This document shows positions 1-14,124 of a stretch of DNA of 64,000 nucleotides, piece after piece; position 1 is the stretch's first letter, and every line of letters begins with the position of its first letter. Position numbers and translations under genes: made by a program. This DNA comes from Camelus ferus (taxonomy: Eukaryota), in assembly GCF_009834535.1 (NCBI RefSeq), contig NC_045712.1:31310001-31374000 (forward strand). Direction: 5' to 3'. The notes under the pieces are model-generated. The model was not told the DNA's origin, searched no databases, and saw only the letters and a program-made list of their open reading frames with translations.

Positions 1-3000
1 CAGGACAGGAAGAGGCTCAGGCCACAGCCTTGGCTCCATCCACCAAGGGCAGCGGATTGAGCCATGAGGCCACAGCGGAGTGGACGGTCAGTCTGCCGCG
101 TGCAGCACTCTCGCACCTCCCTGCGGCATCTCCAGATGCCAGTCAGCAGGGCACCAGGCACAAGCACCGCCCCCTTTAACAGAAAGGACAACGAGGGGTT
201 AAGTGACTGGACCGAGGAGCACAAACGGGACGCAGGACTGGGCCCAGGCAGCTTGGCTCCTGAATCCACGCTAGTCCCCGGCCTTCAATTCCAGCTGCTG
301 GGTGTAACCAAAAACACCTCTCCACCCTAAAAGCCTAAAAACCCGGGTCTGTTCTGGCCAGAGTGCCCAGCAAAGGGGCAGATCCTTGCTTCTCCAAGGA
401 TCAGGGGCAGGAATCAAGTGAGGGCACCACAGGCAAATTCTTCTGGGGGAGAAAGTGTCTGAGCAAGTGCTGTGAGAGGCTGGGGAGACACCAGCCCTAC
501 GGGCCCCGCAGCGCTGGACGCGAGAGAGGACACGCGTTCCCTTCCAGTCCCGGGAGGCTCCAGGGAAAAGCAGAGGGCAGGAAAGGTGAGCCCGCCCTCC
601 ACCCCAGTCTCCCTCCCATCCTTCCTGAGGCTCTGGACGTCAAGAGAGGGTCAATGGCTGAGCAGGTGGGTGCATAGCGGCCCCTTCCCCTCCCAGGGGA
701 ACCGCAAGAGGCCTGGACTGCCCACCGCCCCCAGATGGAAGAGCAGAAGTACCTGGGGGCATCCTCCTCACACACTCAGCCAGAGTACGTCGCAGGCACG
801 GGCAGGGCGGGGCGGCGGGGCAGGCCGGGCTGGGCCCGGGCTACTCTATGTCCCAGCAAGGTATGGTGTGGACGGCGGGCGGAGCACGCAAAGAGGGAGG
901 CACAGGGGCACAATAAGAGAGACCGAAGGCAGGGCAGCTTCTTCGTGTCAAGGATCGCATGGAGGAAACATGAAGACGGAAAGTTACCAGATTTGCAGGA
1001 AAGAGTGTGTGGTTCCTGAGAACCAAGTATCAATGGACATGAAAACCAAACTGCAGTGAGTCTGAGACATGAACTATGACCTCAGGACGCCGGGCAAGCG
1101 GAGGGGGGCTGACTGCAGCGGCAGGCGGAGGAAGGGGACAGAGCAGCTTCAAGGGGACGGCCCCCCACAGACAAGGTACCTCTTGGGGGACCAGGGAGAG
1201 CAGCGCACAGGTGAGGACAGAGAAAGCTGGGTGTGGTAGGGGTTCGGGATGGCTGGGTGGGGGCACTGGGGCCCCTGGAATGGAACGAAAGAGTGTGAGG
1301 CCACAGCAAGGACAAGACGGAACCAAGACCCTCCAAGCCCAGGGCGACCCTCCAGGGGCCCTAGGGAGCCCAGAGAGCACCGTGCGGTGGGACAGGAGGA
1401 CGAGGGGAAGCAGGGCGCGGACACTCCAGGGCGGGTGGACACCTGGAGGAGAGGGTTAGGGTCCAGGGAGCTGAAAATGGGGGCGGGACGGAGCAGGTTT
1501 CAGATTTCAGACGTGCCAACCGAGCAGTAAGGATGCCCGGGAGGAAGACTGACAGCAAGGGGGGCTTTAAGCTCAGGCTTGCTGAGAAAACCAGAGCTGT
1601 GATTTTGTTGAGGACCCACTGCAGTACAGACATGTTCCTAGAGGCTAAAATGCCACCTGGTTGACCCCCATGCTAAGTCCTTAAGCTGCGTGCATTCTCA
1701 CCAACACTCTACAGCCGGGAAACTGAGGCATCCGACACAGGAGCAGCAGAGTGCAGCAAATGCAGCCTCACCCACGGTTCCTGCGGGACCACCCACCCTG
1801 ACCACTGCAAGACCCAGGTCTCCGGGTGAGTCAGCTTCTCCTGGCCTTTAGTCCTGAACCCGGGGCAGCACTAGCCGCTGTCAAGGAGAAACAAGCAGAC
1901 AAGTTGAAGGCGAGAAAAGAAAATGGCTCCAAAAGCTTTGAACCCTTTAGAAGAGCCAGTGGTCTCAGTGGCCCCATGCAGGCAGGAAGGGGCTTCCCCT
2001 GGGCTGGGACCAGGGCCAGAAACTGGGCCAAACGACCCAGCCAAGGTGAGGCTCCCAGGTAGGTATACCTGGCCACCAGTGCCCCCACGCCGGCCCAGTC
2101 CCCCGTCCCTGGAAACCGTGAGGCACAAAGCCCACACCCCTGGAGGGAAGACCAAGGAAGCCCCCCAGAAATCCAGAGGAGGGAAAAATGTAAGCGGAGA
2201 ACCTGCCCTGACCAGCTGCTGGGGTCCACGTCCTACTCCCGGCTCATCAAAGCTCCCCTGAGGAGCTGAAGCACAAAACAGGCTCCCACACACCGGCCCC
2301 ACAGCTGAAATCCTGCACAGGTCCTTGGACGTGCCCCCATCACTGCCCCGTGTGTCAGCAGGAAGACAAGACACGACACCATGTCCGGGCTCCACGCCTT
2401 CCGACACTCAGATCCCCGAAAACAGGTGCCGTCCAGACCGTCCACCCTTGGCTGCACACCACACCACCTGCCCGGGGACAGGAGGGGAGCAGCGGGAGCG
2501 GGCCGCGGGGCGGGGGTGGGCCTCCAGGAGAAGCCGCAGGGTGTTAGGGGAGGCGTCCGAGGGCAGAGGCAGCAAGAGCGGCAGGAGAGGGTGGCTGAGC
2601 CTGAGGCTAGGGTAGGCAGGACCCAAGGGCTCCTCACTGGGCAGGCATTCCCTCCCCAACAACTCCCCCTGTCCTAGCAGGGCATCAGAACCCCCCAGGG
2701 AAACCTTGCTGCCTCGTCCAGGAGTGGGAGCCAACGCCACCAAAAGCGCAGGCCAGGGGTTCCCCGCAGCCTCACCAGGACCCAGGGCTCATGAAAACAC
2801 TCCAATCTGGGCCTCTCCTCTCCCAGCCCAAATCACAGTCAGAGTCAGGAGAGCATGCCCTGCAGGAGCGAAGGCAAGGGGCAGCACACATGGGACTGAG
2901 GAACAATGCCGGCTGGGGAGGACTGAACCTCAGTGCCCGGGCAGCCATCACACCTGCCCTCTGTGCAGAGTCCCCCACTTCTACCTCAGATGCAGCTTCT

Positions 3001-6000
3001 CTTCCCCTGCATTTTGGGGGAGGCTGGGAGAGCAGAGAGGAAAGCATGCACGGCCTGCCTTCCACTGGCCGACAGCAAGCTGGATGCTCTCCACTCCACA
3101 CACAAGGAAACTGCGGCTGGCGGAGGCTGGGGGCTGTGTCTTTGGGCACTGAGACAGTACTCACTGACCCTGCACCCAGGTCCACAGGCCTCGAAGTGGG
3201 GTCCCTGCTATACTTACCACCTAACCAGCGTCCAGCCTCTCCTTTAACAGCATAACCCTGAATCTTGGGGAGTGGTCAAGTGTCCAGCCAAAATCACCAT
3301 CCCCACCGTGCTTTCAGCCAGAGGGTGGCCCTGTGACCCAGTCCTCCTGACGAGAGTCCCTGGGGAGGGCGTCCCTCCCACATAAAATAACAAAACTTCA
3401 CTAGGAGAGGCTTTGGGCCCTTCCTCCTCCCCAGCTGGAAAATGGATGTGACGCCTGGAGGCACAGCAGCCACCCTGCAGCCGTCAGAGGGAAGGAGGAC
3501 AGGGACTCTGCTGATGCACGGAGCCACCATACCCGCCCAGCCTTCTGCCCCAACGACTTGTTCTTGAGATAAATACCCACCACGGTTTAAGCACCTGGGC
3601 TTCTGTCACAGCCAGGCTGCTCCTGGCCAGCCCCCGCGTCGCTCTGACCGAGACTCTCACCCTGGAGCCCAGACGCACGGGGCGTGGACCCGGCTTGGCC
3701 ACTGAGTGGGCCCGGGGGGAGGGAGAGACTCTGAGACTCTTCTCCTGACCACCGCTGCATCTGTCCGCCAGGTCACCCCTTCCAGCGTCTGCATGGCCAG
3801 CCGCGGCAACGGCAACCACCCCAGAGGGCAAACGGTCTGCCGACAGACCCGAAACACTTTTCACAAAAAGGGAAAGGCACAGTGGTAGCTCCGCAAAGAC
3901 TATGTAAGCAAGCCACATAAACAGACTGCAGTAGCCCTCCAGCTCCCCTCTCCCCAGCCCTCTGGTGTCCCGGCCCAGCAGTGGGCAGACGCCGGCCCAC
4001 CTCCACTCCAGGGGCAGAAACGGGAAACATGCTGTGGCCAAACGGGGCGGGCAGAAGGGCCGGCCCCAGGGGACCCATGGGCATGGAGCAGGTGTCAGGG
4101 TGCGGGGCACCTCTCCTGGAAGGTGGGGACGGGGCGGAGCAGACGAGTCCTCCCAGAGGCAGGGCCGCCAGCATCCGACTGCAGTGAGAGGGTCCCTCGG
4201 GTGTCCCCCACGGCCGCTCGAGACCCACTCAGCACACAAAGGCCCAGACTCCCAGCCCCAGGCTTCAACGAGAACAAAGCAGGAGGTCCCTAAGGGGCCA
4301 CTCCTGCCCCAGAGCCCAGATGGCCCAGGCCACCGCCCCCCCACCGCTGCACTTTTCCAGGGGAGGCTGTGGCCAGGTCCCTGGGCCCCAGCAGGTGCAC
4401 AGAGGCCCAGGAGCCTGGCGAGGCCGGCAGCCAAGTCCCTGAAAGGCCTGGGACAAGGCTGCCCCCCACGGCGCCCTCAGTCCAGCCCGGCTGTCAGCCT
4501 CTGGGCGCATCCCATGCCAACAGACACTTTCACAGACATGGAATCTGCTAATGAGAAGCAATGACACCAGGAAGAAACCACATCAGCCGTTTGCCCAGCA
4601 AAGTCAGCAGCTAATGAGGGTTTCCAGCCTCTGTCAGCACACAGCTGAGGTCACCTGAGCTGTGCACCCAAGGCACAGGCGGGCCTGAGGGGCGGCTAGG
4701 CTGTGAAGCCCACCTGGAACGCCAGCCCCTTCCGTGAGAGCACGAAAGGCACGTCTTTACCCAGAGTGCAGTGCTCTCCCTCCCACGGCCCGGCCAGCAG
4801 GCACCTTAATCTCGGGTCCTGGGCAGGGGGTTTCTGCAGGGAGATGAAGCCCCGAGGTCTCCACTTGCCCTGCGATTCACCTTCTTCCTACTCGCGGCAC
4901 GCCCAGCACCTCTCAGCTCCCCAGTCCCCACCTTCCAGGTGGTGAAAAACTGGCTGAACAAGGGGAAAATGACTTTTCCACCAAGGACACAGCACAGTGC
5001 CCCAGAGAGCGGGACAGCTGGATGGGAAACGGGAGCCCGGCCAGCTTCTCGGGGCGAGGCTGCCAGCTCACCCTTGGGTCCACAGGGCATGGCCAGCCCC
5101 CAGAGGCACCGAGACGGGCGGCAGCTCTCCGTTCTCAGGCCGGCCGGGGCTCCTGCCACAAACCTCCAACATCACACGAGCTGGGAACTGAGGGTCTGGC
5201 TTCACACCAGCCAGGTGGCTGCTGGGAGTCCGGTGCTGCCCTGGCCTCCCTGCCCAGCTCCGATAACAGCGCATCATCACCTGCCCCAACGCCGGTCCCC
5301 CAGGGCCTGGCTCCAGCAGACAGCTGGTCCTCTCTCCCAGCCACACTCAGCAGAGGGCTCCCGCCATCCTGTGAAGCTGACAAGTCCGACAAAGGCGTCG
5401 TGTGGGCAGGCGCTGTGCCAGGGACGGGCCAGCAGGCAGCAGGGGCACGTTTCAAACAGCACAGCCCCTGCCTTCGAGGACCAGTGGGACCCTCCACATC
5501 CCTCCGGGCCCAGCAGAAGGGTCCCTGCGTGGTCGCTTGCTCCCCATGTCAGTGTGGGAACTGGCTCCGTGCCTCCCGCGCCAGCCCGGGGTCCGTCAGA
5601 ATACAGACTCCAGGGTGACAGGGTCTAATGCAGTGTTTCCAGTATAAGATCCAACTATGTGCCTTTTCACCAAGTTCCCAGGAGGTTCTGATGCACGGCA
5701 GGCAGGGAGCTGGGGTAGGGGAGGGACAGAGAGCAGTGGAGGCAGGTGAACGGCTGCTGATGGGAAAGCTGAGCCGCTGGGGTCCTCGGTCCTCACTCCC
5801 CCCCGTGCCTGCCACGTGCACACCTGCCACACCCACACCACCCGTGTGGAAGTCCAAGCCATCTGCCCCCAGAAACAGGAGTGTGGACGTGAGATCTGCT
5901 CAGACGTCTACGGATCGGTTCCTGCAGACCCCGAGTCACAGTCCCCAGGTGCGAGGGAAGCGGAGGACAATCAATCGTAACGTTCCCAACAACGCACAGC

Positions 6001-7184
6001 CCCACTGTCGCATTTCAGAGGGGCAAGCGTGCAGAAGAGGAGGGCCCGGGGACAGGCTGGAGGACTCTCCTCGTCGCAGGGCCACTCGTCCGCTTCCTGG
6101 AGCACAGGAGGCGGGCGCCCAACGTCACAGCTCCCACTCGGCCCTCATAACCACCGCGCATGCACCTGCTGCGCGGACGGCAGTCCTTGGACGGCCCGCA
6201 TCTGGATTTACGCCCTCCTTCCACCCCTGCTTTGTATAAAATATATGAGAAATAAAGCCAAAGTTCTTTTTCAGTGTGTGATCAGCTACAACCATGGTTG
6301 AACCAGTTTTCAGACAAGCCGACCTACGGTTTTCCTTCCTCCAAAAGCTGTCATATCCTGCAAATGCAAGGCCAGGTTATTTTAACGTGGACCTTAAGAA
6401 GGAAAGGAAGAACCTGGGAGGCCCTGCCCTACCCCTTCCAACCAACTGCTCTAAATCCCTAAAAGAACGAAATGCACCCACCCCTGCTCTTTGAGCAGAC
6501 GTGGCCCTGAGTGGGGCGTGGAGGTGGCCAGCTGCATGGTGGCTCCTTATGCGGAGGGACAGCCCTGGACATTCAGAGAGGGAGCGAGACCAGGCATATT
6601 TCCTTGCCCTTTTCACTCTCTGTGGGGCAGGAAGAGTGCGTTAAAGCAATGACAATAACAGGGAAGCATGAAACACACTCGGCATCAGCCATGAGGGCCA
6701 TCTTCCCCGACTACAATGTTTAAAAGACGGGGGAAAGAGGCGGCAGGGCTGAAGGAGACGCCCGCCCTGCACAACCCCAGGCCCAGGTGCAAGGGGCCTG
6801 CCCACCATGGGAGCCAGGCTGGGATCGGGGGAAGCCCCTGGTTCCCCAGGCCCTACACCGAGCACCACACAGCAGCTGCTGGCATCCAGCGGAGGTGCAG
6901 GGAAGCACCCGGGCCTCCAGAGAGCCGGGTGGAAAGGCAGGAGAGCAGACAGGACCCTGCAGGGCTCGGATCCCAAGCCCACCCTCCCTGAGTCTGAGGG
7001 CTAGAAAAACACCCGAGCCCACGGCCTGCTCGATGACAGTGTGGACTCAGTCTCCCACACTGACGGCTGTGGGAGGAAGAGGGGCCACTCTGGGCCTGAA
7101 CACGCCTCCTCGGTCTCCCTGTGCTTGCAAGCATGGTGTCCAGCACCGAGCAGAAACCACACAGCACAGAGAGCTGCAGGAACA

Positions 7185-7350
7185 AGAGAGGAAACAGTCA
7201 ACTGAAGCAGACCCAGAGATGGCCCAGCTGCTGGAACTATCAGAGACTTTGGAAAACACGATGTTTTAGAAGGTCCACATGTACAGGCTGGGAATTCCAG
7301 CAGAGAAGTGAACACTATAAAAATGACCACGGTGAAAAGAACCAGGAGTT
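7185..7350 (+). mobile_element. Ancient L1 ORF1 relic
   Basis: Encodes KQSTEADPEMAQLLELSE, resembling the old-L1 ORF1 motif (ETDPEMTQMLELAD, recalled). Confidence 0.55.
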
Positions 7351-10300
7351 AAGGTGGAAGTTCATGACTCTCCCCAGAGAGCCTGGCGGGCTACTGCAGG
7401 GAAACCATCCTTTTAGAGGCCAGACGCCACCAGGCCATCCAGTTCTCACGACGGGAGTAATGACTGCTGAGGAACCGGGAGCAGCATCAGGCCCAGCCCC
7501 AGCCTCCCGAGGCCTCTGGTTCCTCGCACTTAGGAAACTAAACCCTCGGAGCAGCACTGGTCTGTCCAACCGCAGCCTGCAGCTCGTCTGCTGTGGCCTC
7601 TGGGCTCAGACGGGGCCTGCATTTTTGAGCCACAGAACAGCACACAGAACGTGCCCACGTGCCGGACCCCACGCGTGGCCCGCGAAGCCTCACAAGCTCC
7701 CGCCCTGGCCCCTGCGACGAAGCCCGCCAGCCAGACCCGGTCGGCACCACACGGGGCCGCAGAGGGGCTCCTTCTCTGGACCGCGCCCTTACCGGCCGCC
7801 GAGGTGCCAGCAGCCATCTGCGCAGGAGTGCAAGGTCTGTCTGCAGCTCAGACTGGAAGAGGCACGAGGACAAGGCCACCGAGTCCTCAGACACACAGCC
7901 CTGCCAGACCCTGTTCCCCAGCGCAGGCCCCTCAGCCCCATGTCCAGGAGAGTGCGCCCTGGCCCCCTGGCCTGGGCCGCCACCCGGAGCCCCCGGCCCC
8001 CGCCAGCAGCACTGGCACTTCTTTCCAGTCAGCTCCACGGTATCATTTCACTGGAAGGTGTGGTGCTGTGCTGTGTTTAACTGACTGAAAGCGGCAGGAC
8101 TGGGAGCTGCCGTCCATCGGAGAGAAGGCCGGTGTGGGGACCTGCCTCCCTGTTTGCCAACGGGCGGCCCCATGGGGGTCTCCAGGACAGGAGGCGGCAC
8201 CCCCGTGGGCTCCCGTCCCCTCCCACAGCTGCCCGCCTGCACCTGTGATTTGCCAGCGGCCACAGAGGACCCCAAATGGTCACACCATTCCCACCCTGCA
8301 GAAGTTAATCACCTGAGGAAGAGGAAGGGATGGGGGAGGGGAGGAGGGCGGGCCACCCCTCGCTTGCTCTCGTCTCGCCAGTCCTGCTCCCCCTGCAGCC
8401 GCCTCCCACTCCTGCCCTGGGGCCTTCCTTCGGGACCTCAGCCCTCTTCCTGCCTTGCCCACCACTCCCTCTGCCCCTAGCTGCCTCCGCACCCCTCCCC
8501 CCACATCACGCGGGTCTCCTGGGGGTAAGGAGACCTCCCCTGAGGCCCTGTGCAGAACCTGGTTCCAGGCGTCCAAAGGGAACCCTCCTCCTGCCGAGCT
8601 TCCAGCCCTGGACTACCCCCGCCCCAGGGCCCTCTGTCTTCTGTCCTCACCTGGCAAACTTCTCTTCAGTCTTCAAGGCCCAGCCCACATGCTCCCGTCA
8701 GAGGGCTCTCCCACCAGTAAGAGGCCATGGCTGCCGTCTCCATCCCTGTCCAGCACCTCCCTGCCCCCTAGGCAGGAAACCGGAACACTGCGTGGTCACC
8801 TGTGAGGGCACTGACCCCCCCCTTCCCGAGAGAGAGGCTCTCCCGGGCAGCAGCTCATCTCCACTCATCAGGACACCAGCCAAGTGCCCAGCGTACAGCC
8901 CGCACACGGGAACACACACGTAACACGACAGAGTCGCTGGCTGGGGAAGAATACGGGGTGCTGCAACTCCACGTTCCCAGTGACGGTAAGGAATCCAGAG
9001 GGCAGGTGGGCTCTCTCCCCAAGGAGGGCGCCGTGGCCTTCGTCCCTCCCTCCACCAGCTGTTGAAAGCTCTGCCCATCAGGAGACCCGGCGCGAGAAAC
9101 CGCTCTGCTCCTTCACACGTCTCTGGACGCCAGGCTTCCTACCCCTCCAGGGGAAGCACCTCGCACCGGCTTCACGGACGGGGGCCTTCACCCCATCACG
9201 GCTGGGGCGCCACAGTCCCCACGCACAGGGACTCGCAGCAGCGCTCAGAACGGCGCTGGGTGAGAGACAGCAGCAGGTTATAAAAATGATTACTTTTCCT
9301 CATCATTAGTTTTATGAACTTTTCCCAATAACGAGCTCAATCCTTCCTTCATGCAGAAGAGAACTGAGAAGTCAATACCCTAAAAGTCAGAGGCGAAGAG
9401 AGCGTAGGCGGCACGTGTGAGAGGAGGGCCTGCGGACGAGGCTGCGGGGCGGGGGCCAGGACACTGGGCGGAGGGGCACGCCGCTCCCCCATGCCCAGGG
9501 GCAGGACTCAGGCGAGGAGCAAAACTCCCTTCTGCAACCTCCCAGGTCCTCCGGTTGCTCGTTCTCACTTAAACCCCTCACAGTACAACCTTGACACCCT
9601 CTCCGCTGAAAAGTGCCTGCTGACCACGCTGAACCGAGCGGGAGCAAGGGGGGCAGCCAGCTCCACCTCTGCCTGGCTACTGCAGAGAAGGGCGCGCTGC
9701 CGCAGGCACGGAGCACTGGACGTGCTTCCAGACCAGCCACGTCTCTCTGCACCTGCTGCAGGCCAGCAAGAGAGCACCGCCAGAGAAGTAAGGTAAGGAG
9801 GGTTACCAGCAGGCAGTCCAGGCCCCGAAAGGCAGCAGCAGACAGCCAGACCGAAGGTGTGCACCCGGGAGGTGTTGGGGGCAGCAACACGCACGGCCTC
9901 CCAGACGCCAGTCCTCCCCACTGGGGCCCCCGTGACGAACAGCCCCAGGCTGCCCGACGCCGGCCTCCCCGCTCAACACTGCAAGTCCCAAGCCAGGATC
10001 TGACTGGCTGCCCCGGGCCCCGTGCCCAGACCCTGCCCATCCCAAGGCAGGGAGAGAGACTGGGCTTCGCAAGTGCAGTCCTGCCCCAGGACACGCAGCA
10101 GGAAGCAAGTAAGTTCCTAGAAGGAGACGGGGCACCAAGTGCATGAGGAAATGGATGCTGGACGGTCAAAAAGTGGGACACCCGGAAGTAACATGCACTT
10201 CCAAACTGAAGGCAGGCACTCACTCTGCTGGTCCCAAGAACCCTTGGTTCCAAGGATGCAGCCACCCAGAGGCCTGGGGGAGACCAAGTCACCCTTCACA

Positions 10301-10599
10301 TAAAGAAACGCACACACCTGAACCGAAGGCTCGGGTGGAACCCCCACGCTGGTGGGCGGTCTCCTCCAGGGACAGCCTGGGTGGGGGCAGGAGGGAGGCT
10401 GCATGTAACTACCACACTCCAGGTGAGAGTGTCGAGGCTCCACACCTGAAGGCCGCAGTGCCAGCCAGGTAACTGCCCAGGTGCCCACGGTTCTGCCTGA
10501 TCCACACTGATGCCGGGCCCTCTCCACCTGGTTGCCGGGCGGCCGGGCCCTGCAAATGCCTGTCCTCACCCCACTCCTCTCTACTTCGCCGTTCCTCAC

Positions 10600-11010
10600 C
10601 AGGTGGCCCTGTCAGAGAACATCACCCAACCCTGACCAGCCCCTGGGTGCCCGCCTGGGCTTCAGTGAGCTCCCGAGTCACATCCTTTCATGACAAACCT
10701 GCTGCCTCCTGAGTCAGACGCCTCTGAGTTCTGGGAGCTGCTCTAGCGGATTAACGGACCCGAGGCGGGTCATGGGAACCTCTGGTCTCTGGCCGATGAG
10801 TCAGAAGCACAGGTGCCAGCCTGGACTTGAGGACGGCGTCTGAAGTGCAGGAGCAGGATGAAGAGAATGGAGACAGTCTAATGGGACCCAGCCCTAGGGT
10901 CTGATGCCAAATCCAGTAGACGGTGTCAGAACTAGGTTAAACTGTAGGACACCCAGCTGTGTCAAGAACTCCCTGGATGTGCGGGAATAGCCCACACACT
11001 GCAGTGCGGA
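10600..11010 (+). mobile_element. ERV LTR relic, MER21-like
   Basis: CTGAGTTCTGGGAGCTGCTCTAGC...GTCATGGGAACC...CAGAAGCACAGG...GGTGTCAGAACTAGGTTAAACTGTAGGACACCCAGCTG follows the recalled MER21 consensus. Confidence 0.65.
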
Positions 11011-11904
11011 CAATGACTCCTTACTATCGGTCCTGATTCTGCCTGGATGCCCACCCCCTCCATCCAAACGTGACTAGGAAGAGCCCCTCCTGTTCCCTCT
11101 ACTGAGGGCTGGCTCAGCCAGGGCCCTGGTGCTGGGTGAGGTGGGAGGACTTCTCCTGGGCTTCCTCTGCCGCTGGGCACTGTCCTGTCTGCCTAAGACC
11201 TGGGTGGGGGGATGGCCAGCAGCGTGTGGACTGTGGCCCAGCGGGCTGCGGATGCTCCAGTGAGGTCAGCAAAGTGAAGGGGAACCCAGGCACACGATGA
11301 CGCCAGGGAGCCGCTGACTCAGTCACCCGGGCACCGCGACCTCTCGGGCTGTGAAACAAGGCTGCACTTATAGCAGAAAGACCCTAATGACACCCCCCAC
11401 CATTACGTGTGCTGACAGCGATCATGGCACACTTTCACGACTTGCCAGCACCCTCTCGCCCTGGACGTGCCTCCCTCCCCTCATCACCCGGCAGCTTGTG
11501 TGAACACATGATCGTCCACCACGGCCTGGACACTAGAGGGTGTGCCCAGGCCAGTCTGCACTCAGGCCACCTGCCTCTAAAACTGCCTTCTCCTGCCAGC
11601 CTGCTGCCCCGGAGCCCACGGTGGTCTCCTTCCAAGCTCCTGGCACCCGCCCCTACCCATGCAGCCCTTACACTGTCAGGTTCCAGGAGGACCATCCAAT
11701 GTTCCAGCCCTGGCCAAACCAACCCGAGGCCCCTGAGACTGAAACCCAGACCAGAGGCTGCAGAGCCAGTCAGCCAGAACCCCGCTCCTCGTCCCTAGAA
11801 GGACGCCCTATCCACGGGGCAGGAGCTGGGGCTTTGGACATGTCAGGCTCCCGCCTGGCCTCCGCTTCCTGGCGCCGTGGGGTGGCTAAGGAACCCACAC
11901 TCAC

Positions 11905-12046
11905 CAGCCCAGCTGCCTGCTTCTCCTGGTCCTCGAAGCCCTCCGCCTGCGGCAGGGACGCACTGCAGGGCTTCGCGGCCGCCCCTTTCTCCCTCGTGGC
12001 CACCTGCAGCAGCTTGTCCTGGACTGCAGCCGGCTCCTGCTGAGAC
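11905..12046 (-). CDS. CHCHD6: CHCHD6 coding exon 4, 142 nt, (R)SQQEPAAVQDKLLQVATREKGAAAKPCSASLPQAEGFEDQEKQAAGL, phase 2 to 0
   Basis: Acceptor ctgacacag| and donor CTG|GTGAGT. AAVQDKLLQVATRE matches the recalled human AAIQDKLFQVAKRE. Downstream exons are outside the window. Confidence 0.92.
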
Positions 12047-13732
12047 CTGTGTCAGGACAGATGGAGAAGCAGATGAGGACGGCATGACTGACGGAAGGAA
12101 GAGGAGGAGAGGCCTGTGCGCTCACTTCCGCCCCAGGGGCCGGGGTCTGAGGGCCAGGCCGGGGAGGGCCAGCCTCCCCTGACGACCCCTGAGGCCAGGG
12201 GACACTGTGACACCTTCTCGGCCAGAATGATACACCTGACCACCAGTGAGGAATCAGACAGCCAAGCGCCAAGGGAGAGGTTCTCAGGGCGGGGGCTCCA
12301 CCCGCCACGCCGGCCCCTCCCTTCAGAGGGGTAAGTGTGGGCCCCCCACCTCCCCGGCCCTGCCTGCGGCACCAAGGTTTAGATGCAGAAGCCTTGGTTT
12401 TGATCACTCAACTGTCTGTCCTGATGTGTCCCTAACCGTCCACCTATTTCTGCTCTTCTGTTAAAATCACCCTAAGGAGCGGAAGAGGTCACTGGCGTGG
12501 AGACCCTCTCAGAAGTCTGATTTGTCAGGATGTAGCGACACGCCCGGGGAAGCGTGCAGCCCAGGGCGGCCAGGGAACACTCGTAGGTGTGACAGCCTCA
12601 CCACACACCCGCAGGCGTGTCCGTGGCCTGGGTCTAAGGACTGAGGACCCACAGATGCCACCTTCAGCAATCAAAACACTTATAAGCAGGGGGAACACAT
12701 GGAAGATAGTCCCAGGACTGAGTAAAAACAGCAAAATAGAAAATATTATATGACTTTGAAAAACCAGTCCTAAACTAGAGGAAAGGAGACCGCTGAAAGA
12801 AATACTTCCAGGTGTTCAAGAGGCGATGAATCTAAGGGAGACTTTTTCATTTTGTAAACATCCCAAGACTTTCATTAGTGTGTGTTACCTGAACATGTTT
12901 TAAATGTTTAAAAGTACCCATAGAAGGTTCTGGTTATTCTTGGGAGGCCTCTTGGGATCTGGGAGTGGAAATTCCGAGGAGCTGGGTTTCAACCCATGAC
13001 ATGGAGGGGCAGTGGCTGGGCGGGCCTGTGGCGGGAAGAGGCCGCTGTGCCTGACCCTGACACCCCGGGCCCACAGCTAACTCCCTGGGTCCTCTGTTAC
13101 AGAGGCCGGCGTCCTCACAGGTCCACAGTCACAGCGGCCAGTCCACTGAGCTGGCGCTCGTGAGAACAGGTACACCGGGCCCCGCACTCAGTGCATGAAT
13201 GTGCAGGATGCAACCACAGCCCAGGGAAGGGGGCTCAGCTTGGCCTTCTCAGAGGCCTGTGGACACACAGTGATGGTACCGTGTCACGTGACCAGCAGGT
13301 GCGGAATCAGGACATAACCTGCCCCCCAGAGGGCTGCAGAGCCTCAGCTCCTGTCCTTCCAGCCCAAGGTCTGGGGCGTGGCCTGCCCTGGGGGAGGTGG
13401 CCTGCATCCTGGAGCCCGTCCACGGTGCAGCCCCGGTTACCCTGGAGGACCCCTCTCCTCCACACGGCTCCGGGTACATGCCACGTCCACAGCTGGGGGT
13501 GCAGTCACCCTGCCATCCAGGCCCAGGTTTCCAAGGGAATTAACTCCCCACACCCTTGGGCATTTCTCCGTCTTTATCAAGGACCAGCATCAGCTAAGCC
13601 ACAGGGCCAGCGTCCCATCAGAGCAGACGAAGTCCTGCACAGACCCTCAGGCCTTCAGGCAAGTGGAGGGTCCCCGTGAGGACAGAGCACTGGGCAGAGT
13701 GTGGAGCTAGGGTGAGTGGGCCCTCCGCTTAC

Positions 13733-13802
13733 CTTGTGAGGGGCTCCAGCTCCGCCCCCGAGTGCTGCCTGCCACCCTGCTCCGGCCGGGGCAGGTCAGA
13801 GT
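13733..13802 (-). CDS. CHCHD6: CHCHD6 coding exon 3, 70 nt, (D)SDLPRPEQGGRQHSGAELEPLT(R), phase 1 to 2
   Basis: Acceptor ctcaccctttgcag| and donor AAG|GTAAGC. Length and phases fit the flanking exons. Similar to the recalled human ESTLPRSGSSGGQQPSG segment. Confidence 0.88.
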
Positions 13803-14124
13803 CTGCAAAGGGTGAGAAGAAAAGGTCCGTCAGCAACACCCCAGTGGACGGCCAGAGCCACGCTGCCCCCAGAGGAGGGCCCAGGAGTGCACCCTGTGGG
13901 CAGACACACCCCTGCTCCTGCCGTCCCACCGGCCCTCATTCCGCACCAGGCCTGCGGGCAGCGCTGAGCTGGTAGCAGACGGGCACACCTGAGCGAGGAG
14001 TTCCAAATCCATCCTCCTCCCCCTACAGCTCCTCAGCATCTAGGTCACCTTCCAAACAGGCCAGAACGGCTGAGGGAAGCTCTGCCCCTGGAGCTGGAGG
14101 GACGGCCTCCGGGGTCCGGGTTGC

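Noticed and set aside
1-11904. Search for CHCHD6 exon 5 or a nested gene among the many 100-320-aa ORFs
   Set aside because: No ARELESREAEL-like exon and no recognisable protein. The ORFs have the composition expected from GC-rich intron. Intron 4 is very long in human (recalled).
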